NCBI GenBank assembly: GCA_028343215.1
Contig: JAOLYB010000001.1
Coordinates: 71,879 to 135,878 of the forward strand
DNA: 64,000 bases
DNA from: Candidatus Nitrosopelagicus sp.
GTDB lineage: Archaea; Thermoproteota; Nitrososphaeria; Nitrososphaerales; Nitrosopumilaceae
Reading direction: 5' to 3'
Shown here: one piece after another, positions 56,859-64,000 of the stretch
How positions within the stretch are numbered: position 1 is the first letter of the stretch
Layout of the letters: every line of letters begins with the position of its first letter
Made by a program: the position numbers and the translations under genes
The notes under the pieces: model-generated
What the model saw: the letters and a program-made list of their open reading frames with translations, nothing else
What the model was told of the DNA's origin: nothing
Database searches by the model: none

Positions 56859-57659
56859 ATGATTACGATAAAAATTGGCGGGAGCGTAGTAGATAATTTA
56901 CATCCATCAACAATAGACGATATCAAAAAAGTTGTAGAGCAAGAAGGCGTCATACTAGTTCATGGCGGAGGCAAAGAAGTGACAAAAGTTACAGAGCAAT
57001 TAGGTAAAGAACCTAAATTTGTTGTATCACCTAGTGGGATAAAGAGTCGATATACAGACAAAGAAACTTCTGAAATTTTTACAATGGTAATGTCAGGAAG
57101 AATTAACAAAACAATTGTTCAGATGTTACAAAAAAATGGAATCAATGCAATTGGATTATCAGGTATGGATGGGAAAACAATTGAGGCCAATAGGAAAAAG
57201 AAGTTAATGATTATGAATGAAAAAGGAAGAAAACAGGTAATCGATGGCGGATATACAGGTAAAATTTCAAATGTGAACTCAGATTTAATCAAAACTATCA
57301 TGGATAAAGGATACACTCCAGTGATTTCCCCAATTGCGATAAGTGAAGAATCTGAATTTCTAAATGTTGATGGAGACAGGGCAGCGGCTAATGTAGCAGG
57401 ACATGTCAAGGCAGATAAGGTGTTATTTATTACAAATGTAGACGGATTGCTCATGGAAGACAAATTGGTTGAAAAATTATCATTAGAAGAAGCAAAAAAA
57501 ATAATGCCAAAAATTGGGTTTGGTATGGAAAAAAAGATTCTTGCGGCAACAGAAGCACTTGAAATGGGAGTTACAGAAGCATTGATTGCAAATGGTCAAA
57601 AAGAAAATCCAATTTCATCAGCTATAGCACATAACAATTGTACGGTGCTAACTAAATGA
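56859..57659 (+). CDS. lysZ: [LysW]-aminoadipate/glutamate kinase (LysZ/ArgB)
   Basis: KIGGS, LVHGGG, SPSGIKSRYTD, GGYTGKI, NVDGDRAA. Confidence 0.93.
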   Translation: MITIKIGGSVVDNLHPSTIDDIKKVVEQEGVILVHGGGKEVTKVTEQLGKEPKFVVSPSGIKSRYTDKETSEIFTMVMSGRINKTIVQMLQKNGINAIGLSGMDGKTIEANRKKKLMIMNEKGRKQVIDGGYTGKISNVNSDLIKTIMDKGYTPVISPIAISEESEFLNVDGDRAAANVAGHVKADKVLFITNVDGLLMEDKLVEKLSLEEAKKIMPKIGFGMEKKILAATEALEMGVTEALIANGQKENPISSAIAHNNCTVLTK

Positions 57660-58837
57660 GTGAAGATAAGTTTCTCGGTAATCTTTATCAAAGATTTCCA
57701 GTAACAATAGAAAAAGGCTTAGGTGCACATGTATGGGATACCAATGGCAAGGAATACATTGATTGTATGGGAGGATATGGAGTCGCATTACTTGGACACC
57801 AAAATGAAAGAGTTACCAATGCGTTGAAAGCACAACTTGAAAAAATTATTACAGTTCATAGTTCACTTTACAGTAAGACTCGTGAAGAATTTTTGGAAAA
57901 TCTTTTCAAAGTTGCTCCAAAAAATTTATCACAAGTTCATCTGAATAATAGTGGTGCAGAAGCAATCGAGGCTGGAATGAAATTTGCACGTAAATTTACA
58001 GGTAAAACAGAAATGGTTGCAATGAATGGCTCATACCACGGAAAAACACTAGGTGCACTTTCAATAACATTTAATCCAAAATACAGAAAAGCGTTTAAAC
58101 CACTTGTGGAAAAAGTATCATTTTCACCTTTTGGAGATATTGAAAAGCTTCGTGAAACAGTTAATGATCAAACAGCATTTGTAATTTTAGAACCTATTCA
58201 AGGAGAAAGTGGGATTCATGTTGCGCCTGATGGATTTTTGCAAGATGTTAGAAAATTATGTGATGAAAAAAATATTTTATTAATTTATGATGAAATACAG
58301 GCAGGACTAGGACGTACAGGAAAGATGTGGGCACATCAACACTGGCATACCGCACCAGACATACTTTGTTTAGCAAAAGGAATTGCAGGAGGAGTACCAA
58401 TGGGTGCAACATTAGTCAAACCAGAAATTTTAGACTGCATCTCGAAGGGAGAACACTCATCAACGTTTGGAGGAAATCCATTATCATGTGCAGCAGGAAG
58501 CGCTACAATGAAAGCATTGATACAAGATAAACTAGTGGAAAATTCTGCAAATATGGGAAAAATATTCAGAGAAGGATTGGATAAATTAAAAGAAAAACAT
58601 TCGGTAATTAGAGAGGTTCGCGGTAAAGGATTGATGATAGGAATTGAATTGAAATTTGAAGTTAGAGATATACTAATGGAAGGTATTCAAAAGGGATTAC
58701 TTTTACTATATTCTGGTAGAAATATCTTAAGGTTACTTCCACCACTAGTCATAACACAAGATGATGTAACAAAATCTTTAGAAATACTAGATGAATTATT
58801 TACTAATGAGGAAAAAAGAAAAAATGGCCAAGGATAA
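57656..58837 (+). CDS. lysJ: [LysW]-semialdehyde transaminase (LysJ/ArgD), class III PLP
   Basis: YIDCMGGYG, NSGAEA, EPIQGESG, DEIQAGLGRTG, LAKG, HSSTFGGNP. Confidence 0.93.
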   Translation: MSEDKFLGNLYQRFPVTIEKGLGAHVWDTNGKEYIDCMGGYGVALLGHQNERVTNALKAQLEKIITVHSSLYSKTREEFLENLFKVAPKNLSQVHLNNSGAEAIEAGMKFARKFTGKTEMVAMNGSYHGKTLGALSITFNPKYRKAFKPLVEKVSFSPFGDIEKLRETVNDQTAFVILEPIQGESGIHVAPDGFLQDVRKLCDEKNILLIYDEIQAGLGRTGKMWAHQHWHTAPDILCLAKGIAGGVPMGATLVKPEILDCISKGEHSSTFGGNPLSCAAGSATMKALIQDKLVENSANMGKIFREGLDKLKEKHSVIREVRGKGLMIGIELKFEVRDILMEGIQKGLLLLYSGRNILRLLPPLVITQDDVTKSLEILDELFTNEEKRKNGQG

Positions 58838-59243
58838 GATTGACGAGAAGATTTTAGACTATTTGAGGAATGATTCTAGAGAATCATTTGTAGAGATTGG
58901 AAAAAAATTAAAGCTTTCAGAATCAGCAGTTCGTAGAAGAGTAAAGAATTTGGTAGATAATAAAGTCATTGAAAAATTCACAATTGAAATGGGAGAGAGC
59001 AATTCTACAAGTGCAATAGTTTTGATATCTGTTGATTCAACTACAGATACATCAAAAGTGTCATCCAGATTAACAAAATTGTACGCAGTGAAAACAGTTT
59101 ATGAAATTACAGGGCAGTATGATATCAGTGTAATAATAAAAGCACCAAGCATAACTGAGATTAATGCCGCAATTGATGAACTAAGAAAAATTCCAGGAGT
59201 AATAGATACAAACACAGTAATTATTCTGAGAACAATCAGATAA
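58824..59243 (+). CDS. lysM: Lrp/AsnC-family regulator LysM
   Basis: IDEKILDYL, LSESAVRRRVKNL HTH, YEITGQYDI RAM domain; lies inside the lys/arg cluster; ATG 58824. Confidence 0.85.
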   Translation: MAKDKIDEKILDYLRNDSRESFVEIGKKLKLSESAVRRRVKNLVDNKVIEKFTIEMGESNSTSAIVLISVDSTTDTSKVSSRLTKLYAVKTVYEITGQYDISVIIKAPSITEINAAIDELRKIPGVIDTNTVIILRTIR

Positions 59244-59313
59244 ACGAAAATCGATACGATTTTTCAAATTCATACTAAATTAGATAAGAAATAACTGAAT
59301 ACCTGCGAAGGTA

Positions 59314-59332
59314 GTACGATTATGTTTATATT
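59314..59332 (+). promoter_or_regulatory. TATA box (TTTATATT) with an adjacent candidate LysM half-site, upstream of homocitrate synthase
   Basis: GTACGATT at 59314 followed by TTTATATT at 59325-59332, 27-34 nt before ATG 59359. Confidence 0.45.
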
Positions 59333-59358
59333 AATCATTAATTGCAACGAAATTAGTA

Positions 59359-60540
59359 ATGACTGATCCGAATCACTATGCAGACATGTATAACTCATAT
59401 GAAAAAACTCCAAAAAAAATTCGAGTATTAGATTCAACTTTACGAGAAGGGGAACAACATCCAGGAGTTTCATTTACAAATAAACAAAGAATTCAGATAG
59501 CATGGATGCTAGATTATTTTGGTGTGGATCAAATAGAGATTTCACCGGTAGTATCACCAGATCATAAAGAAGCAACAAAAACAATTATCCAACAAGGATT
59601 AAAGGCAGATATTGTTTCACATGGTAGAGCATTAAGACAAGATATTGACACATCATTGTCATGTGATGCAAAATGGGTAGCTGCGTATCTAGGAATATCA
59701 GATATTCATCTAAAAGATAAATTACGAATAACAAGAGAGGAAGCATTAGAACGCGCAGTAGATACAGTAACTTATGCAAAGGATCATGGATTAAAAATTA
59801 GATTCACGGTAGAAGATGGAAGTAGAGCAGAACCTGAATTTTTATTGCAATTATGTAAATCAATTGAAGATGCAGGAGTTGATAGAATTAGCTTACCAGA
59901 TACAGTTGGAATAATGAGACCAATTGGAATGTATAATTTTGTTAAGAGAGTTCGTTCAGAAATAACTACACCACTTGATGTTCACGTACATAATGATATT
60001 GGATTTGCACTGGCAAATGCATTTTCAGCATGTGATGCAGGAGTTGATCAAATCCATACTACAATAGATGGAATCGGAGAAAGAACAGGTATACCAGCAT
60101 TAGCAGAAGTAGCAGTTGCGTTAACATATCTCTTCAAATCTCCAAATGATTTTAGATTAGATATGTTAGCAGATCTTTCAAGACTCATAGAACAATACAC
60201 CACAATTCAACCATATGATTCAAAACCAATTGTAGGGTCATCAGCTTACAAGCATAAAGCAGGAACACATTTGGCTGCAATACTCAATAATCCAGCAGCC
60301 TATGAGCCAATTCCACCAAGAGTAGTTGGAAATAGAAGAAAAATAGTATTTGGAGAATTAGCAGGTAAAACAGGTGCAAGTTATCTTATGTCATTACTAG
60401 GAATAGAGAAAGATCCTGAGACTGCAAAGAATGTTGCAGCAGGGTTAAAAAATCTCAGAATGGGAGATGTTTTAGAAATTCCACTAGAGGATCGCCTTGA
60501 ACGTAAAATAATTAAGGATGAAAAAAGAGAGGAAAAATAG
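59359..60540 (+). CDS. Homocitrate synthase (LeuA/DRE-TIM family)
   Basis: LDSTLREGEQ, LPDTVG, HVHNDIG, GIGERTG, HKAGTH; no LeuA regulatory domain; lysine-cluster context. Confidence 0.85.
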   Translation: MTDPNHYADMYNSYEKTPKKIRVLDSTLREGEQHPGVSFTNKQRIQIAWMLDYFGVDQIEISPVVSPDHKEATKTIIQQGLKADIVSHGRALRQDIDTSLSCDAKWVAAYLGISDIHLKDKLRITREEALERAVDTVTYAKDHGLKIRFTVEDGSRAEPEFLLQLCKSIEDAGVDRISLPDTVGIMRPIGMYNFVKRVRSEITTPLDVHVHNDIGFALANAFSACDAGVDQIHTTIDGIGERTGIPALAEVAVALTYLFKSPNDFRLDMLADLSRLIEQYTTIQPYDSKPIVGSSAYKHKAGTHLAAILNNPAAYEPIPPRVVGNRRKIVFGELAGKTGASYLMSLLGIEKDPETAKNVAAGLKNLRMGDVLEIPLEDRLERKIIKDEKREEK

Positions 60541-60546
60541 GTAAAA

Positions 60547-60714
60547 ATGGCAAATTGTCCTGAATGTGATGCAAACATAGCTATCCCTGACGATGCAGTA
60601 GAAGGCGAAATTGTCACCTGTCCAGATTGCGGCGCAAGTTATGAACTTAGCAAAGCATCCGAAGGTTTTGAGTTAAAACCAGCTCAAACAGTCGGAGAGG
60701 ATTGGGGACAGTGA
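60547..60714 (+). CDS. lysW: LysW-like carrier protein, copy 2, ending EDWGQ (missed by ORF track)
   Basis: Hand translation MANCPECDANIAIPDDAVEGEIVTCPDCGASYELSKASEGFELKPAQTVGEDWGQ; last codons GAG GAT TGG GGA CAG TGA. Confidence 0.93.
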   Translation: MANCPECDANIAIPDDAVEGEIVTCPDCGASYELSKASEGFELKPAQTVGEDWGQ

Positions 60715-61556
60715 CCGGCAAAATTTCAATCCTTTACGATACAATCCGTCTTGAAGAAAAATTACTAATTGAATCTGCAAAGAAAAATGATATCGCAATA
60801 GATATGGTAGATTGTAAAAAATTGTTTTTGGATTTGAATGAAAAAAATTGTTTAGAGGGACCAGTACTTCAAAGATGTGTTAGTTATTATAGAAATTTAC
60901 ACTCTACTGCAGCTCTTGAAGGTCAAGGTGCCAAAGTGGTAAATTGCTTAAACACAGGTATTTTTGCGGGAAATAAATTATTCACACATATGTTATTACA
61001 AAAAGCAGGAGTTCCAACACCAGATGCAACAGTTGCATTCTCAAAAGATTCTGCACTAGAAGCATTGAAAAAACATGGATTCCCAAAAATCATCAAGCCA
61101 ACAGTAGGTAGTTGGGGAAGAATGGTTTCCAAATTAAACGACATGGATGCTGCAGAAGGAATTATAGAAGGAAGAGAAGCAATGTATCCAATTCATCACA
61201 TTCATTTTCTAGAGGAGTTTGTACAACGTCCACCAAGAGATATTCGCGTGATTGTCATAGGAGATAATGTTGCAGCTGGAATATACAGAAATTCAGGAGA
61301 TGGAAATTGGAAAACAAATACACATCTTGGTGGCTCTGCAGAAACATGCGAGATTACTAATGAACTTGAAGACATATGCATTAAAGCAAAAGATGCTGTG
61401 TTTGGAGATATTGTTGGAATTGACTTAATGGAAAGTAATGAGAAAGGTATGGTTGTACATGAAATAAACAATACAACCGAATTTAGAAATGTTGTAAGAG
61501 TTACAGGTGTAGATATTCCAGGATTAATGTTAGAACATGTAAAGAGGTTAGCATAG
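60711..61556 (+). CDS. lysX: LysW-amino acid ligase LysX (ATP-grasp), copy 2
   Basis: KPTVGSWGR, RDIRV, IYR, WKTNTHLGG, HEINNTTEF; probable GTG start overlapping the lysW2 stop (GTGA). Confidence 0.9.
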   Translation: MTGKISILYDTIRLEEKLLIESAKKNDIAIDMVDCKKLFLDLNEKNCLEGPVLQRCVSYYRNLHSTAALEGQGAKVVNCLNTGIFAGNKLFTHMLLQKAGVPTPDATVAFSKDSALEALKKHGFPKIIKPTVGSWGRMVSKLNDMDAAEGIIEGREAMYPIHHIHFLEEFVQRPPRDIRVIVIGDNVAAGIYRNSGDGNWKTNTHLGGSAETCEITNELEDICIKAKDAVFGDIVGIDLMESNEKGMVVHEINNTTEFRNVVRVTGVDIPGLMLEHVKRLA

Positions 61557-62678
61557 ATGGATGAACATTTAGAGACTTCCAGATATGCAATTAAAACTTT
61601 AGAAAAAGCATTACGAATCTACACTCCATCATTAAGTGAAAAGGCTTTGGCCGATTTTCTTGCAGATAGATGTGATGATTTAGGATTTAGAGATATTCAT
61701 CAGGATGAAGTTGGTAACTTGATTGCAACTAAAGGCTCAGGAGAACCAAAAATAATGCTGTGTGGCCATATGGATGTAGTACCAGGAAAGATTAAGGTAA
61801 GAATAGAAGGTGACATGCTACATGGTAGGGGTGCATCAGATGCAAAAGCACCACTAATTGCAATGTTATTTGCTGCTGCAAGTGTAGGGGAAAATCAAGG
61901 AACCATAACATTTGTTGGCGCAGTTGACGAAGAAGGTAATGCAACAGGAATAAAAAATTTAGTAAAAAATAAGCCAGATGTAGATTATGCAGTTTTTGGA
62001 GAACCAAGTAGCATTCAAAAAGTTACAATTGCATACAAGGGTCGTTTAGCAATTAACCTCAGAGTTAACGTAAAGGATAGTGCTCATGCAAGCGCTCCAT
62101 GGTTGGCAAAAAATGCAATAGAGGAAATATCATCAGTTGCAACGGAATTGAAAAATGAGTTAGAAGGAGGTCAAGAAGAGAAAAGTAAGGGAATGATGCT
62201 TACTGCGACCCTTACAGAAATTCGTGGAGGCACAAGTCATAACGTTACACCAAAAGAATGTGTAGCCACATTAGACATTAGGATACCAGTTGACATGAAT
62301 TGTAATGATATTGAAGAAAAAATTACCAGAATAGTTAATGAAATATCAACAAAAAGAGGGATTGAAGTTTTGTATTCAGTAATAGATGAGACAGAACCGT
62401 TTGAGGCAGCACATAATTCACCATTAGTAAGAGCATTAACATTATCAGTGTTAGATGTAGAAAAGAAAAGACCAATGTTAATTAGAAAAACAGGTACAGG
62501 AGACATGAATGTTATAGGAAATCAGCTAAAGATACCAGTAATTACATATGGACCAGGAGATCCTCATGAGGCACATACAATTGATGAAAAAGTTTCAATT
62601 GACGAATTTGTTAAAGGAATCGAAATTCTAAAAAAATCACTACATCATTTAAAAAGACTACATGACAGAACGAAATAA
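61557..62678 (+). CDS. lysK: [LysW]-lysine/ornithine hydrolase (M20 peptidase, LysK/ArgE)
   Basis: GHMDVVPG, GRGASDAK, VDEEG, GEPS, KTGTGDMN, YGPGD, AHTIDE. Confidence 0.9.
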   Translation: MDEHLETSRYAIKTLEKALRIYTPSLSEKALADFLADRCDDLGFRDIHQDEVGNLIATKGSGEPKIMLCGHMDVVPGKIKVRIEGDMLHGRGASDAKAPLIAMLFAAASVGENQGTITFVGAVDEEGNATGIKNLVKNKPDVDYAVFGEPSSIQKVTIAYKGRLAINLRVNVKDSAHASAPWLAKNAIEEISSVATELKNELEGGQEEKSKGMMLTATLTEIRGGTSHNVTPKECVATLDIRIPVDMNCNDIEEKITRIVNEISTKRGIEVLYSVIDETEPFEAAHNSPLVRALTLSVLDVEKKRPMLIRKTGTGDMNVIGNQLKIPVITYGPGDPHEAHTIDEKVSIDEFVKGIEILKKSLHHLKRLHDRTK

Positions 62679-63715
62679 TGCTGTGGTTTATCGGATTAGG
62701 AATTTCAGGTATTTCAGAATTATCAAATAGTACATTAGATGTAATAAAAAATGCAAAAATTGTATATTTAGAATCATTTACCAGTCCAATTTCGGAAACT
62801 GAAAAAAAACAGTTAGAAGATATTTCAAACGGTGAATTCAAGATTGCAAAAAGATGGTTAGTTGAGGATGGAAATGAAATTCTAAAAAGTGCAAAAAATG
62901 AAGAGACAGTATTAATTTCATATGGCGACCCATACATTGCTACAACACATCTTGAGTTAAAGACACGAGCAATGAGAGATGGAATAGAAACAAAAACAAT
63001 TCATTCAGCTTCAATTGTTTCATCATTAATTGGAGAAGTAGGATTACACTATTACAAAGTTGGAAAAGTGTTAACAATCATGAATGACTCAAAATCAATG
63101 ATCACTCCATACAATACAATTTTTGATAATTTATTGAGTAAAACACATTCAGTTATTTTGCTTGAATATAATGAAGATAAATCATTTTTCTTAGATCCAA
63201 AAGATGCATTTTCATTATTGTTAGATGCTGAAAAGACGCAGAATCGTAAAGTCATTTCAGAAAAGACTTTTGCAATTGTTGCATCTAGAATTGGAAAAAA
63301 TAATCAAAAAATAATTTCTGGGAACATATCAAATTTAATTAAAAAAGAATTTGGAGAATCACCACACAGCATAATTATACCTGGAAGATTACATTTTACA
63401 GAATCAGATGCACTGGAAACCATTACAGAATGTCTTGATGAACCAACTGATAATTCTGCAGATATAAAGAGCATTTCAGAACAAATGATTGAAAAATATG
63501 TTCCAATGGTAAGAGAAGCACTAGAAGAAATTAGACCGTATTATGATAATCTTAAAGAATATGAGGATGTTTTGATCAATGCAAAATTGTACATTGATGA
63601 TGCAGAAAATTTTCTTAAAGAAGGAAAAAAGGAGTATGCAGTATTAAGCATAGGCTATGCAGACGGTCTAGTAGACGCATTACGTATTGCAAAAGGTTTT
63701 GACCCAAAAATGTGA
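62678..63715 (+). CDS. dph5: Diphthine synthase with fused C-terminal DUF357-like domain
   Basis: FIGLG, YLESFTS, GDPYIATTH, GLHYYKVG, PGRLHFTE; tail YIDDAENFL...GYADGLVDALR. Confidence 0.9.
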   Translation: MLWFIGLGISGISELSNSTLDVIKNAKIVYLESFTSPISETEKKQLEDISNGEFKIAKRWLVEDGNEILKSAKNEETVLISYGDPYIATTHLELKTRAMRDGIETKTIHSASIVSSLIGEVGLHYYKVGKVLTIMNDSKSMITPYNTIFDNLLSKTHSVILLEYNEDKSFFLDPKDAFSLLLDAEKTQNRKVISEKTFAIVASRIGKNNQKIISGNISNLIKKEFGESPHSIIIPGRLHFTESDALETITECLDEPTDNSADIKSISEQMIEKYVPMVREALEEIRPYYDNLKEYEDVLINAKLYIDDAENFLKEGKKEYAVLSIGYADGLVDALRIAKGFDPKM

Positions 63716-63742
63716 TAACGATGAGTTGAAATTGGACATAAC

Positions 63743-64000
63743 ATGAATGAAAATAATATGAAAACACTTTCAGAAATACAAAATTCATCATCAAAAATTG
63801 TTTTGGCAGGAGGAGTTTTTGATATAATTCACCCAGGACATATCAATACATTGAATGCTGCAAAGAAGCTAGGAGATTTTTTGGTTGTGGTAATAGCGAC
63901 AGACAAAACAGCAGTAAAAATGAAAAAACGTAAGCCATTACATAGTGCCCAATTAAGACAAGAATTAGTTTCATCATTAAATATGGTTGATTTGTGTATT
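63743..64000 (+). CDS. Cytidylyltransferase-family protein (archaeal FAD synthase RibL-like), truncated at the window's right edge
   Basis: Hand translation MNENNMKTLSEIQNSSSKIVLAGGVFDIIHPGHINTLNAAKKLGDFLVVVIATD...; HxGH motif. Confidence 0.85.
   Translation, partial: MNENNMKTLSEIQNSSSKIVLAGGVFDIIHPGHINTLNAAKKLGDFLVVVIATDKTAVKMKKRKPLHSAQLRQELVSSLNMVDLCI

Overview
AT-rich, gene-dense core-genome segment of a marine ammonia-oxidising archaeon (Nitrososphaerota/Thaumarchaeota; Nitrosopumilus- or Nitrosopelagicus-like, inferred from gene content). Markers include TBP, class I LysRS, Elp3, cofGH, the nurA-herA-mre11-rad50 operon, an AOA-type copper nitrite reductase (nirK), PEFG-CTERM surface proteins, a degenerate FtsZ, rpl15e/rpl31e/rpl39e, a split B12-dependent methionine synthase with a metF-like gene, a NitT/TauT ABC transporter, tRNA-Pro(TGG) and a LysW-dependent arginine/lysine biosynthesis cluster. 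I saw no mobile elements, CRISPR arrays or rRNA. I hand-translated seven complete ORFs under 60 aa that the ORF track missed: rpl39e, two LysW carriers, a zinc-ribbon protein and three single-TM microproteins. Best leads: (1) the Arg/Lys cluster has two carrier+ligase pairs, and the lysine-side carrier ends in EDWGQ instead of the EDWGE whose Glu normally carries the substrate; (2) a 162-aa HEAT protein resembles half of a deoxyhypusine hydroxylase; (3) a DUF1512 protein has YyaC/GPR-protease-like motifs and is coupled to a zinc ribbon; (4) an SRPBCC + GT2 pair is a candidate lipid head-group glycosylation module. All family assignments come from motif recognition only; no database searches were run.
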